DNA of 64,000 nt from a virus (lineage: Duplodnaviria; Heunggongvirae; Uroviricota; Caudoviricetes), in IMG/VR virus record IMGVR_UViG_3300049919_000418, positions 86,928 through 150,927 of that record. One strand, 5' to 3'. The notes under the pieces are model-generated. The model did no database searches. It worked only from the letters and a program-made list of their open reading frames with translations, and had not been told where the DNA came from. Shown here one piece after another: positions 38,922-50,291 of this stretch. The translations under genes and the position numbers were made by a program. Position 1 is the first letter of the stretch, and each line of letters begins with the position of its first letter.

Positions 38922-40037
38922 ATGCTAAAGTTACCGAATCCAGAACAGTTTAACTTCAAAGACGTTACCGTTTTCGGTGACGAATGCTGGCTAATCACTC
39001 CAAATCACATTGGAGTGAAGTGGACTGATGAAGATTCTCGTTTTCGAAGCTGTATCGTGCGAAAGTCAGACTTTCTTTGTGTTAGTCAAGGGCTGCCAAA
39101 ATTTAAGAATTGGTCCGAAGACCCTGAGTTTCAACCTTGGGATTTGTCGTGGCAAATTACGGCAATGCACAAAAAGGACGGAAGTTTGATCATTTGCTCA
39201 TATCATAATGGGGGTTTTATTGTTCGCACAAGGGGCGTTTCCTCGGTTCTAACCCAAGAAACCGGGCAAGAGGTTTTGGATTTATTTGATTCCTTTCCAC
39301 TTCTAAAGGACATGATTCGAAGCGCAGAGGGAAACAGCTTTTTGTTTGAGCATACAACGCCAAACAGGGTGATTGTTTTAAGGGAGGACGCCAAACCAAC
39401 GTTAACCTTGCTTGCAATCATTTCTAATTTTTCCGCACGGTTAGAACAACAAAGTTACTGTGATAGAGTTGCAGCTATTTGCGGAATTCCAAGACCACAA
39501 AAGTATTATTACAATTCTGTCCAAGAATGCATTAATGACGTTGCCGCTTGGAAAGGAGCTGAGGGGGTAGTTTTATATAGCCCCGATGGAAACACATTAA
39601 AAAAAATCAAGTCAGAATCATACTTGGCGGCGCACCGTCTTTGCACGGGAATTAAAACAATCGACCACATTGTTGATTTATTTTTATCATCAGGTGATAA
39701 ATTTACCGATCCAAAGGATTTTCATTTTTTTGTTTCATCCACCATTGACTTTGAGTTGGCGGAAAAAATTAAAGACGAAATGGAAAAGATTTGCGCCGCC
39801 TATTCAAATGTATTGATTTGTATTGAAAGGGTAAAAAAAGTTGTTGCTGGAGTTAGCGGCGAATCGTTCTCCCGCAAGGAGCAAGCACTTGAAATCATTC
39901 AGCATTACGACGGCTCATGGAAAAAAAATGCTGGTTTCCTTCTTTTAGATAAAAAAGAAGTAAGCGATACGGTTATTAGAAAAGGTATAGAAGAGGAGTT
40001 AAATAAACTTGCATTTGTCAAAGTGCCATCGCTTTGA
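38922..40037 (+). CDS. ATP-dependent RNA ligase, Rnl1-like
   Basis: AMHKKDGSL matches T4 Rnl1 motif I (K-E/K-DGSL). Confidence 0.5.
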   Translation: MLKLPNPEQFNFKDVTVFGDECWLITPNHIGVKWTDEDSRFRSCIVRKSDFLCVSQGLPKFKNWSEDPEFQPWDLSWQITAMHKKDGSLIICSYHNGGFIVRTRGVSSVLTQETGQEVLDLFDSFPLLKDMIRSAEGNSFLFEHTTPNRVIVLREDAKPTLTLLAIISNFSARLEQQSYCDRVAAICGIPRPQKYYYNSVQECINDVAAWKGAEGVVLYSPDGNTLKKIKSESYLAAHRLCTGIKTIDHIVDLFLSSGDKFTDPKDFHFFVSSTIDFELAEKIKDEMEKICAAYSNVLICIERVKKVVAGVSGESFSRKEQALEIIQHYDGSWKKNAGFLLLDKKEVSDTVIRKGIEEELNKLAFVKVPSL

Positions 40038-40459
40038 ATTCTGTGGCGAGCACTTTTCTTGCAATGTGGACACTCCAAGTTCGTTCTATTTTTTGCCGCA
40101 AAGATGACCTTTTGTTCGGGATCGCATGTCCATTGTCTCCCCAACATAAACTTTGTCATTTATTAAATTGGTAAAAATATAAATAGCGGGCTTTGCTTCA
40201 AAATCGTCCGTCAACCTCATTTCAGAAACCCTTTCAAAATCATTTTTATCACTCCTGCCATTGTGCCGCCAACAGATTCAGCGTGCGCTTTTAATTTTGC
40301 CTTAAGTTCCGAATCCAAGTAAATTTCTACCTTTTCTTTATTTTTCATATTACATTTAATTACACGTAAAAACATGTATTGTGAAAATTATGTTTGACAA
40401 AAAAACCTTAGACAATAAAATCATTCGCAGTGGAATTGAATACTTTTTAAATAATTAAT

Positions 40460-40834
40460 ATGAAATCATATGCAGCAAGCATCGGGAAACCCGAAATCAA
40501 CTGGAGTAAATTACTCAAAAATCTTTCGCGGCGAAAAACGCCTCCAACCCAAGAAGAGCAAGGGGAGATTTACAATTATGCGCGGGATTGGAAAACTTGT
40601 CCATGCGGGCAGTTGAGTGAGCTTTTGCCTCGTCATAAAGGGCGTGACAGCGAGATTATGGATGCCGAACTTAAAGATTTGGGTCTTGAGTTTTTTAGCT
40701 GTGTTGAAATTAAGGATTGGGAATCTGCAAAATCTGTTTTAGCCGACATTAAAAGGGCTGGAGGCAAATTGACAAAGCAAATTAAGTTTAAGGCAATTGA
40801 AATGCTTAGATCGTTAGGCTACAAATCACTATAA
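40460..40834 (+). CDS. hypothetical protein
   Basis: 124-aa ORF. Confidence 0.35.
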   Translation: MKSYAASIGKPEINWSKLLKNLSRRKTPPTQEEQGEIYNYARDWKTCPCGQLSELLPRHKGRDSEIMDAELKDLGLEFFSCVEIKDWESAKSVLADIKRAGGKLTKQIKFKAIEMLRSLGYKSL

Positions 40835-41119
40835 TGGATATTAATTATTGGGAAACAATCGTTAAGCATATGCTCTCTGGAAATAGAACTCTAGGAGAGG
40901 GCGGGCTAAGTGAAATTGGTTTCAATATTAGCGATTGGGAGAATAATCCTGAAAAGGTTTTTCAAGGTTTTTTGCCCGAAGGGGTTGAGGAAAGCTCTGA
41001 GCTGACATTACTTATGTTTAGCTTTTTTGATAATATCGAAGACGAAAGTTGGTTGCAGGCGTTCGGAGATTTGGAGGAGATCAAACAACTAATCGAATAA
41101 ATACATAAATATCTTTATA

Positions 41120-41587
41120 TTGGATTATGACGCGAAGAAAAACGCGGAATATCACGTTGACAGGCATATGAAAATGCTCCTAGAGGGAATGCAATTAGTT
41201 TGCACCGCTTTTCACTTGCAGGGCGTGAATGCACCTTACAAACCGACCCACATAAACCACCCGAGCGCAATTTTTACACGAGCATCGTCGGAAAATTTTC
41301 AATTTGTAATTGATTATGTCGAGGCACTGAGCGAAGAGAACGTTTTCCGATATGGGAAGATTCATAAAAGCTCAATGCTTTTAAAGTGGGTTGACGATAA
41401 CCGACACCTCATGACCTTTCCCAAGGTTAAAATGACCGAATTCGCCCTTGCAATGCCTGAAAAATACAAAGACTCGGATGCCGTTAAGGCGTATAGAAAA
41501 TACTATGTCGGGGAGAAGCAGCACATTTTCAACTGGAAGAACAGGAGAACCCCCGGCTGGATAAAAATTTTGGAAGAAATTGGTTGA
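41120..41587 (+). CDS. hypothetical protein
   Basis: 155-aa ORF. Confidence 0.35.
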   Translation: MDYDAKKNAEYHVDRHMKMLLEGMQLVCTAFHLQGVNAPYKPTHINHPSAIFTRASSENFQFVIDYVEALSEENVFRYGKIHKSSMLLKWVDDNRHLMTFPKVKMTEFALAMPEKYKDSDAVKAYRKYYVGEKQHIFNWKNRRTPGWIKILEEIG

Positions 41588-41612
41588 CATGCGGCGAATG
41601 ATTAATTAATCT

Positions 41613-42071
41613 TTGCCTGTGGAATTCGAAAGAGAACAGTGGATAAAGGCTCGTGGCATATTTTTGGTTGAGCCAAAAATGGGGCGGATTGTTCTTGGAT
41701 TGGGCCATGACTTTACCAGACTTTACGCGTATTTCTTAGAAGAAGCTCACAAGCAACGATATAGCTACTCTGCATTTGGGGGTCATATTAGTATCGCACT
41801 GGAAAAAATTCACAAAAAAATAAACTACGCGGCGGCAAATCAATTTCGCGGCGAATGGGTTGATTTTGAATACAATCCAGACATGATTACTGGCGGAAAA
41901 AAAAGCGGAGTGCCTAACTATTGGTTGCGAGTTAGAAGTTCTCGAATTGATGAAATTAAAAAGATCATCGGAGTGGTGGACGATTATCGACACTTGGGAA
42001 GCCATATTACAATCGCTTCTCATAAAAACGGTGTTCGCAAATATCAGAAGCAAGCGATTGAAATTCGATAA
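41613..42071 (+). CDS. hypothetical protein
   Basis: 152-aa ORF. Confidence 0.35.
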   Translation: MPVEFEREQWIKARGIFLVEPKMGRIVLGLGHDFTRLYAYFLEEAHKQRYSYSAFGGHISIALEKIHKKINYAAANQFRGEWVDFEYNPDMITGGKKSGVPNYWLRVRSSRIDEIKKIIGVVDDYRHLGSHITIASHKNGVRKYQKQAIEIR

Positions 42072-42089
42072 TTTACAAATAAAAAACAA

Positions 42090-42461
42090 ATGAAAGTATT
42101 CAATAAAGACGGCAAGATTAATTTTGTGGACGACAACAACGTGTTTGTTGGATTTGACTATTCGGAAAACTGCTGCGAATATTTTGGCTGGTTTCTAACT
42201 AAACAGTTTCCTACAGGCGAAGACGTTCGCCGTTTGGAAGAACCTAGCAACATAGATCCTGACGGATATCAGTTTGACCCCAATTTTTTCGAACAAAACC
42301 TAGAGGGCTACGACTTTGACGAGGGGGGAGCGGCAATTTTTAAATTGGTAAAGGGGCATGACCACCTTTTTCTAACTCTTTTCAACAGCCATAACGGGTA
42401 TTATGGACATGGTTTTGAAGTGAAACATGGCGGGATTACCGTTAATAGCGGTTGTTTGTAA
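42090..42461 (+). CDS. hypothetical protein
   Basis: 123-aa ORF. Confidence 0.35.
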   Translation: MKVFNKDGKINFVDDNNVFVGFDYSENCCEYFGWFLTKQFPTGEDVRRLEEPSNIDPDGYQFDPNFFEQNLEGYDFDEGGAAIFKLVKGHDHLFLTLFNSHNGYYGHGFEVKHGGITVNSGCL

Positions 42462-42462
42462 T

Positions 42463-43110
42463 ATGAGAATCATAAGCAAACAAAAAGATTATTTCGATTC
42501 TAGCGGCTTCATCGACCCTACGCTTATTTACAAGCGTGACGAAATCAAAATCGACCTTGAGAAAGAAAAAGAGTTTCTAAAGAAATTCGTGTTTCCTTCC
42601 TCAGACATAAAATATAATCGCAAAACTGAGCGGTGGGAAGAGGAATTTGGCTTTGTTTATATTTTCTTTTGTGGGAAAATTTATTGCGGCGCAAGAATGC
42701 TTAGGCCGTATAAGAGTGCATGGGTTTTTGGAAAAGAAATCAAAAACATTTATAATTTAAAGAAAAACGCTTTTGGCAACCTTCGCTTTTTCGAATTTTT
42801 TAATCTTCACGGTATCGATTATCATGAGCTGCATCTTAAATACGATTGCCCGATTTTAACCTATCTAAAGCCTCGCTATGGAAGCGACGCGGGTAATTTA
42901 ATTAAAAACGGTATGCTTTCACAATATGGTTTTGCCTCTGTTCTTGATCCGTTTCAAGCGAGGCAAGCAATTGAGCAATTTTTAAGAAATGATTTGGCAA
43001 AAGAGCTTGACGTTCCGGTAAAAATATCAGATAAAGATCGCGCCAAGGCGCACGGATACAACGAATGGTCTTTCCGGAAAGATACACCGCCAAATAGAAA
43101 AGTTAAATGA
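42463..43110 (+). CDS. hypothetical protein
   Basis: ATG 42463 within ORF-track 42427..43110. Confidence 0.35.
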   Translation: MRIISKQKDYFDSSGFIDPTLIYKRDEIKIDLEKEKEFLKKFVFPSSDIKYNRKTERWEEEFGFVYIFFCGKIYCGARMLRPYKSAWVFGKEIKNIYNLKKNAFGNLRFFEFFNLHGIDYHELHLKYDCPILTYLKPRYGSDAGNLIKNGMLSQYGFASVLDPFQARQAIEQFLRNDLAKELDVPVKISDKDRAKAHGYNEWSFRKDTPPNRKVK

Positions 43111-43971
43111 TTACTCCTGACCTAGCATATAGAATTAGATTCGAGAGGGGACTTGCGCTCAGTCCAAATGCGGAATTTTCTATTCCACGATTAAAGGAAA
43201 TAGCAGTAGAGTGGGATTTGCTCTGGAAGAAAATAAAGTCTCTTGACAACGAAATTGAAAAAATTTATATTAAGGATAAAGAGCAATGACCCACAATCAA
43301 AACATTGACGCTTTTCTTGAAAAGGCGAAGCGTCTCGAATCAAACGAGCTAGAGTTCGCCGTTTTTCAAGTGAAGGTTGGCGGAAAACCTATCCGTATTT
43401 TTGAAAGCCCCTTCTGGAGAACAGAAGCTCTCGCCAGAAGCGCCGTTCGAAATTTTTATTCCTGCGAACTGAGATTAAGTAATCCAGAGTGGGGTTATAA
43501 AGATTTTTTACCAAATAAAAACGAATTCTTTCTTGACTTGGAGGCCAAGGGCATTGTAGAAATTGTGCCTACAAAATTAATTTATAAATATGATACTTAG
43601 AATAATTAAACTTCGCGCCAGATATTATTTTGGTAAAATTGTCGCTTTTTTTGGCGTTTGTTATCGCTGTCGATGCTCAGTCAATTATACTCGATCCGGC
43701 GCACTTTGTCCGAATTGCAGATCAAGATTTTAAAATTATGGAACTGTTTATCAATATTTTGGCAGTAACGGTGTTTGTGATTTGCACTCCGGTTAACCTT
43801 TTGAGCCTGCTTAAAATCGGGCTTGTCTTATTCGATGGCACGCCACTCAAAAAGGGAGAAATCATCATTCAACCAGTTTTCTTCCTGTGGCAGGCACAGT
43901 CAGTGTGGCCAATCGTGTATTGGATTATGAAATAAATCTCAACAAATAATAAACAATAAAATAATAAAAAA

Positions 43972-44709
43972 GTGATTAAGCGATTCGTAAACATTATCAA
44001 AGGCTTCCTTGGCATCTTCCTAAGCGGTGTTGAGAAGAATAACCCCGAAGCTCTTTTGCAAGTTGAAATGGAGGGCCTTCGAAAGCACACTGCGGATTTC
44101 AACCAAGCGCTTGCTCAACAAGCGGGCCTTTTGGAATCCTTAGTTACAAGGTCAAAATCGTTGGAAACTGAGGAAAAGTCCCTAACTCAAAAAGTTGAAA
44201 GCGTGCTTCGCGCCGGAAAACGGGAGTTGGCTTCACAACTGGCCCTTAAACTTCAAAACGTTACGGTTGAATTGGCGGATGTTCGGGAGCAATTGGCGGG
44301 ATGTGAAACCCAATATAAGGAATTAACTCGTTCTCGTGACGTTTCGGTGCAAGCGGCAAAGCAACGCATCGAATCTATCTCTCGTGGAATCAACGATATG
44401 AAATTGAAAAAGGCGGCGGCGGAAGTAACAGAAATGGCCAATGGCATGATTTCAAACCTTGGCGCTGGTGGCGACAACCTTAATCGTATCGAAGCGATGG
44501 TTAACGAAGAGCGAAGCAAAGCGGCGGGACGAATCCGAGTTGCCAAAGATGCAACGGACGTTAGTTCGCTTGAAGCAAACGAAGGACTGCAACAAGACCT
44601 TGCGGAAATCGCATTACTGGACTTTGAAGCAAAGTTCGGGCTTTCCCCGAAGGTTGAGGGAAACGAAAAGGTTGAAAAGCCTGTTCTCAAAAGCATGTCT
44701 GTAAACTGA
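43972..44709 (+). CDS. PspA/IM30 (Vipp1) family protein
   Basis: N-terminus MIKRFVNIIKGF..EKNNPEALLQVEMEGLRKH.. and extended coiled coil typical of PspA. Confidence 0.5.
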   Translation: MIKRFVNIIKGFLGIFLSGVEKNNPEALLQVEMEGLRKHTADFNQALAQQAGLLESLVTRSKSLETEEKSLTQKVESVLRAGKRELASQLALKLQNVTVELADVREQLAGCETQYKELTRSRDVSVQAAKQRIESISRGINDMKLKKAAAEVTEMANGMISNLGAGGDNLNRIEAMVNEERSKAAGRIRVAKDATDVSSLEANEGLQQDLAEIALLDFEAKFGLSPKVEGNEKVEKPVLKSMSVN

Positions 44710-44738
44710 AAAACAAAAACGAAACCAAGGGTAAGAAT

Positions 44739-45425
44739 ATGAAATATATTAAAAATGTAATGGCGGCGCTTTTGATCGTGGCGTTGAGTTCAACCGGAGC
44801 AATGGGAAAAAGCAGCGGCTTTTCCTCCTCGTCTTCAGGAAGTTCCAGTTCGTCAAGTCGTAGTTTTAGCAGTAGCTCTAGTTCAAAGCCAAGCAGCTTT
44901 ACTTCCAATAGTAAATCCTACACCGCGCCCAAGGCAACCTCTAGCGGCTCGTCTAGCGGCTCTAGCAAGCCCTACACGGCGTCTCCGCAAACTTCTGGCA
45001 GAGTAACCTCAAATGTGGATACAGCACGCTACAAGGCCGCTTCACAGTCAGGAACGGCTTTCAAGACTCGTGAATCTGCCGTGGCGGATTTCAAAGCTAA
45101 GAAAGCGTCGTCTTACACAAGCCGATATAACTCCGAACCTGCTTCGCGTCCAACTCATATTCCTTCAACCTATCGGGAGGGGGGAACTAACCGCACGATT
45201 ATTTACAATCAGAGTTCTGGAGGCTACGGTTTTTATAATTCTTTGGGCGCTTTTATGATATATGACGCTATGTCAGATAGCCAGAACCTCAACAAGCTAA
45301 TGTCTCAAAATAATTACTATGTTGGTCAGCCCCCTTCGACTCATTTCGGGGCGCTAAGTATATTTTTTATTATCTTGGCGTTGGTGGCAGGGGGAGCCTT
45401 TGTTTGCTGGCTGTTATTTAAATAA
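44739..45425 (+). CDS. Ser-rich secreted protein with C-terminal TM anchor
   Basis: signal-like N-terminus, long poly-Ser tract, C-terminal LSIFFIILALVAGGAFVCWLLF. Confidence 0.4.
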   Translation: MKYIKNVMAALLIVALSSTGAMGKSSGFSSSSSGSSSSSSRSFSSSSSSKPSSFTSNSKSYTAPKATSSGSSSGSSKPYTASPQTSGRVTSNVDTARYKAASQSGTAFKTRESAVADFKAKKASSYTSRYNSEPASRPTHIPSTYREGGTNRTIIYNQSSGGYGFYNSLGAFMIYDAMSDSQNLNKLMSQNNYYVGQPPSTHFGALSIFFIILALVAGGAFVCWLLFK

Positions 45426-45687
45426 CGAACCTCCAAAGGTAGCCGCGATATTCTTTGAGGTTTTTGCAGGAGGAAGCCAAGCTTGATCTTATCAAAGATT
45501 TTAATTAAATTTCCTTGAGTATCGTAACAGGCTACGGGTTTTCTGGTTTTGTCGAGAACTAAAGGGGGAGCGGTTTTTTCCCCGCAAAAAGAATCTTTGA
45601 AAAACATATTAACAGATTTTCATGAAAAGTGAATGAAAATTTCATTAATTAATTGACATCGATAGAAAACAGCATAACATATACAAT

Positions 45688-46257
45688 ATGAATCAATTTA
45701 AATCATGCGTCGTTGGCGGCGTGTTAACGGTTAACGAAGCGGATCTTTTTATTGAATTTGACGATCTTCCAGAGTGCAAGGGCAAGCGCCCGGACTTTTT
45801 CATCAAAGACAAGGTTTCCCTGCAAGACGGAAAGAATGGATACGTTCTGTTAATTCTTGATCATATCGGTAGCGACCTTGAACGATTGCTTGTTTGCAGC
45901 TACTACGAAGGGGGCAAGGAAACGGTTATGGACGTTAAGCTTTATGCTCGTCCTGACTTTTTCACCCCGGATCGTCGTTGCGAGCTTGAAAAGTCGGACA
46001 ACGGATGGATTTTCGACGGCGAGGGTTTCGCACAGGAAATTTATAGCGGCGAGGGTGAGGAAAAAATCACTTACAAAAAGAAATTCCAAAACGAATCCTT
46101 TGGCGATAGCTGTATCGCTGAATGGGTAACAGAGTCGGAAATTCTCAATTACGAGCTGTTTGTCTTCGAAAAGGGATCTACAAATCAGTTTGGTGGTTGG
46201 GTTGAGTTCTACGAGGGACGGACAATCAACGCGCTGGATGTGGTTTTTCAGGCATGA
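45688..46257 (+). CDS. hypothetical protein
   Basis: 189-aa ORF. Confidence 0.35.
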   Translation: MNQFKSCVVGGVLTVNEADLFIEFDDLPECKGKRPDFFIKDKVSLQDGKNGYVLLILDHIGSDLERLLVCSYYEGGKETVMDVKLYARPDFFTPDRRCELEKSDNGWIFDGEGFAQEIYSGEGEEKITYKKKFQNESFGDSCIAEWVTESEILNYELFVFEKGSTNQFGGWVEFYEGRTINALDVVFQA

Positions 46258-46579
46258 GCAGGATTTGCGTTATCTGCGGGGCGAGGGTGAGAAACATTAA
46301 TCCAAAATGTGTTACATGCTCTTCACCCTGCACAAATGCAAAAAACTTTAACCTTACTCGGGAGCGGGCAGTTGCCCTTTTCGGGGTGGGATTAGCTTCA
46401 AACGAACCAACGAATCAAAAGAAATTAAACAATGGACATTCAGCGCGCAATTGAGAGACTACTTACGCCTGACGGCGCGGGAAGAAAGGAAAAGGGGGAG
46501 GTTTTAATCGAATTGTGTCAAACTTTTAATGCGAATTTGGTTCCAGAAGAAATCGAAAAATTTTTTAAATCATTGCCCT

Positions 46580-47695
46580 ATGGAGAGAAAGTTTAAACAT
46601 TCAAATCAGAAATTTTCGATAGCTATAACCGGGGGGTCATCTCTTTTCTTAAGTGATAGGCTTTGCGAGGGCGGCGCGTCAAATTGGTTGGTATCTGCTT
46701 TCGTGCCGTATGACACTGCGGCACTTGAGAAATTTGTTGGTGGACTGAGGGAAAAGGCGTGTTCTGAGAGTTCGAGCCGTCAAATGGCGGTTGCCGCCGA
46801 GGACTACGCAAAAAGCATTGGAATCAATGCTATTGGGGTAGGGATAACCTGTAGCCTAACAAAAGGTGATAACGAGCGGGTTGGCCGGACTCATTCAATT
46901 TTTGTTGCAGCGAAATATAACGAACATTGCGTTAGCCTTGAATGGGAGCATGCGGGGCAAAAATACACCCGATTGGAGGAGGAGAAAATCGCCGCAAGCC
47001 TAATTCGTGAGGTTTCGGAAACGTTCGGGGAATATATTTCCGGATTGTCCCACTTAACAAATACAAATTTGGAAACTCTTTTTAATTGGGCGAAGGTCGG
47101 GCACCCTTTCCACAAAATCAAAGTAAATGTTGCAACCCAAAGGGCGCACGAAATTACATCCAACATTTCGAAGTATGGTATTAAATTAAATGCTCATTGC
47201 TCGGAAAGTTATTTGGCTTTCAGAAGTGAGCGGGAAAAGATTTGTATCTATTCAGGGAGTTTTTCCCCAATGCATGACGATCACAGACGTAATTTTAGAG
47301 CATGTGAAGAGATATACGGCCCCGAAAATTGCTTTTTGGAGCTTTCTGTTTCGAATTTTGAAAAACCAGCCTTAGATAGTATTGAGTTGTCCAAAAGGCT
47401 AGTGGACATGCGAAACTTGACAAAAAACATCTTAATAACTTTGGCCCCAACCTTTGCTGAGAAGCGAGATCTTATCGCTAGAGGAGCAACGGGCAATCCA
47501 AAAATAATTTTTGCCGTAGGCCACGATACCTTTACGAGGGTGGAGCCAGTAGATAATTGTTCGTTTCTGGTTTTTCCGCGCGATGGGAAAAGGGTTGACG
47601 TTATGAATTTTTCTGGTAAGAATATCGAACCGGAAAGCTACAGGCTAACGGAAGGCCAAAACCTAGCAAGCCGGAAACTGAGGGCTAGAGGCTAA
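46580..47695 (+). CDS. fusion of CinA C-terminal (NMN deamidase PncC-like) domain and NMN adenylyltransferase-like domain
   Basis: N-terminal IAITGGSSLFLSDRLCEGGASNWLVSAFVPYD (CinA_C-like); C-terminal IYSGSFSPMHDDH (GxFxPxHxxH nucleotidyltransferase motif). Confidence 0.45.
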   Translation: MERKFKHSNQKFSIAITGGSSLFLSDRLCEGGASNWLVSAFVPYDTAALEKFVGGLREKACSESSSRQMAVAAEDYAKSIGINAIGVGITCSLTKGDNERVGRTHSIFVAAKYNEHCVSLEWEHAGQKYTRLEEEKIAASLIREVSETFGEYISGLSHLTNTNLETLFNWAKVGHPFHKIKVNVATQRAHEITSNISKYGIKLNAHCSESYLAFRSEREKICIYSGSFSPMHDDHRRNFRACEEIYGPENCFLELSVSNFEKPALDSIELSKRLVDMRNLTKNILITLAPTFAEKRDLIARGATGNPKIIFAVGHDTFTRVEPVDNCSFLVFPRDGKRVDVMNFSGKNIEPESYRLTEGQNLASRKLRARG

Positions 47696-48757
47696 ACGAT
47701 ATGAATTGGGTTAAAAGCAAAGAAGACGTTAAAAAGTTGAATAAAATTCACTTTGCGGCGTTAAAATTCATCACGATGGCAACGCCGGGGTTATGATGCG
47801 GCGACCCAATTGACTACACTGAAGTTCGCGAGTATATTGCTTTTGCCGATGAAGCGGAAATGAGCGGGTGGGCCATCAATCAGGAAATGCCTAAGCATGG
47901 TAGCCCAATAAAAATTATATAATCATCCGGTCTGAGCTTCTTGAGGTTGAAATCAAAACAAATATCGTTATTAAGTGACTAATAGATCTAAATTTATTGT
48001 ATTTCGGGATATTGATGATCCAGAAATCCAAGTATGTCTTGACAACGGGGAAAATGTTGTTATAGTTTTGGGCAAGGAGCACTTCGAGATGAAATCGCGG
48101 TATAATTCACTTGGGATCTTTTTGAGTTTACATGATTTTGGAAGAGACGATTGCATTTACGGAAAACACCTTTCGCGGGACTGCGAAGATATTGAAACAT
48201 TTTTAAAATTAGCAAAACAATACTTAGGATTATGATCGACGCGCAAGACGCCAAAAGAATGGCAGACGAAAAACTGGCGATTAGTTGGGTGGAAGTAAAA
48301 TAACATGAAAACATTTTATCGGGTTTGTAATCCAAACACTCAGCAAGGACTTTGGTATGATTTTGAAGGTAATTTTACCGGATTGATTCATGACAAATTT
48401 TCTTTTTGCGCAAATTCAGAACTGGAAATGGATTTCGATCCTGAATTGGTGGGTTGGTTGTCCGCTACGGATAATTACCCCGATCTTTTAAAATGGTTTC
48501 CAGAAAAAGACATTTTGGAGTTGCAAAAAGATGGTTGGCATGTTCACACTTACGAAACCGAAAATTACAGGCTTTACGAGAGATTCCAACATTACGTGAT
48601 TTGTCAAAAAACAAGTCGGCTTGTTGATAGGCTATTGATTATGCCTCAAAATGAAAAACAAATGGAAAATAATAACATCCGCGCCTTGTTCAGCTCTTCG
48701 GGGGTGGAGTGAAAATAAATGATTTAAAATGTTGACGTTAATCAAACTGTAAAATAG

Positions 48758-48805
48758 GGTCTTCTCAGTTGCAGCACGAAGCGCAACCCAAACAACCAAA
48801 TCAAA
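48758..48805 (+). promoter_or_regulatory. conserved island leader GGTCTTCTCAGTTGCAGCACGAAGCGCAAC + A/C-rich spacer + ATG (copy 1)
   Basis: near-identical to 58319..58365; contains hairpin GTTGC-N-GCAAC. Confidence 0.6.
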
Positions 48806-49099
48806 ATGAAAATCAACCGCACCACTAACAGTATCGCCGCCGCCACCGAAATCCTTGACTGGCTCAATGACCGCGCAGAGCGGGGAATCCAAGATCCCGT
48901 CATCAGCGTCCGCGATGGCGACCTCCTGTTTTACAACGCCGCCTGTGGCATTCAGGACGACGAGACTGTCCTCATCGAACGTGCCGAGCAAGATTCATTC
49001 GGGATGGGATGGGGTGATGCCGAGGCCACAGCCGAGGACGTGCTGGCATGGATCGAAGGCAACTGTGAACCGCAAGAAGGGGAGTTCGAGGATAACTGA
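48806..49099 (+). CDS. hypothetical acidic protein (GC island 2)
   Basis: 97-aa ORF, GC-rich codons. Confidence 0.45.
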   Translation: MKINRTTNSIAAATEILDWLNDRAERGIQDPVISVRDGDLLFYNAACGIQDDETVLIERAEQDSFGMGWGDAEATAEDVLAWIEGNCEPQEGEFEDN

Positions 49100-49108
49100 A
49101 ATCCAAGG

Positions 49109-49351
49109 ATGAAAAATGAACCAATGAAATACGAAGCTCAAATAAACGCCGCGCTTGATCACATCTTCAGAGGCATGGAGAAGCCGTGGATGGATGACGA
49201 TGACAAACGACAAATCCGAGAAGAAACGCTAGCCCAAATGGCCAGTCAGGGCGCAACGAAAGAAGTGATGAATGCACAGATCGAAGAAGGGGTGAAGAAT
49301 GGATACAGCGTCGAACGTCAACTGGCGATCATTCGAGAGTTCCTCTGCTAA
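49109..49351 (+). CDS. hypothetical protein (GC island 2)
   Basis: 80-aa ORF. Confidence 0.4.
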   Translation: MKNEPMKYEAQINAALDHIFRGMEKPWMDDDDKRQIREETLAQMASQGATKEVMNAQIEEGVKNGYSVERQLAIIREFLC

Positions 49352-49394
49352 CGCTGAGGTATCCCACGGGGATAGCGAAAAAAGACCATGAATG

Positions 49395-49480
49395 CAAAAC
49401 CGACTCCGCCGCTATCCCCGTTAGAGCACGCGCCGCCGCCGTTGAGTGGCGAGGCGAGGTTTACGCGAATACCCTCTCTT
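49395..49480 (+). repeat. degenerate attC-like fragment (GAGCACGCGCCGCCGCCGTTGAGTGGCGAGG)
   Basis: matches the left arm of B-type copies (compare 57560-57600). Confidence 0.4.
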
Positions 49481-49612
49481 TCGTTCAAAACAACCTTGAA
49501 ATTTTAAATCAATGATAGACCCATACACAGAAAAGGAGCTTTTCACTTGGATGATGGCGAAACCGGATAGCAAGCTTGTTGACAAAATCTTAGAATTAAT
49601 TAATATAAACGC

Positions 49613-50281
49613 ATGGCATCTAAAATAATTTTATTGAGGCACGGGATTTCACACGGAAATGTGGATAGAAAATCCTATGAAGACTTTCCTGACTACGCGA
49701 TCCGGTTAACAAAAAAGGGCGCGGAACAAGCAAGAGGGGCGGGAAGCAAATTGAAAGAAATCGCAGGAGACTTTGATGTATATGTTAGTGATTACTTTAG
49801 AACCCGCGCCACTTTCGATTATCTTCAAGAAACCCTTGGCGAGAATAGGGTAAACTCTGTTAAATATTCGCATTTAATTCGTGAGCAGGAGTGGTGCGGG
49901 AGTCCTAAGCCCTACGATGATGTTGGGGACGAGTGGCGCAATAAAATTGGCTCGTTTTATTATCGGTTTGAGCATGGGGAATCGGGCGCTGATACGTTCA
50001 ACAGGATGTTAATTTTTCACGAATTAAAGGTGTTACCTTTGATCAAGTCGGGAGGGGCAGAAAATATTTTAATCGTGGCTCATGGATACAGCCTTCGGAT
50101 TTACCTTAAAATTCTTTTGGATTTAAATGTTCAAGAATTCGAAATGATTAGAAATATGAAAAACTGTGAGATCATCCAACTCTCTATCGAAGAAAACGGG
50201 CAATTTAAGCTTGATAGCCAGCTTAATATTCGCCCCAAAAGGGTTGCAGGATTCCACTACGACAAAAACGATTTGGCATAA
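49613..50281 (+). CDS. histidine phosphatase superfamily (phosphoglycerate mutase-like) protein
   Basis: IILLRHGISHGN (RHG catalytic motif). Confidence 0.5.
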   Translation: MASKIILLRHGISHGNVDRKSYEDFPDYAIRLTKKGAEQARGAGSKLKEIAGDFDVYVSDYFRTRATFDYLQETLGENRVNSVKYSHLIREQEWCGSPKPYDDVGDEWRNKIGSFYYRFEHGESGADTFNRMLIFHELKVLPLIKSGGAENILIVAHGYSLRIYLKILLDLNVQEFEMIRNMKNCEIIQLSIEENGQFKLDSQLNIRPKRVAGFHYDKNDLA

Positions 50282-50291
50282 ATATAAAATA

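Noticed and set aside
48732-48760. Sigma70-type promoter TTGACG...TAAAAT upstream of the island-2 leader
   Set aside because: Spacer between the hexamers is only about 12 nt. The second leader copy at 58.3 kb has no equivalent.
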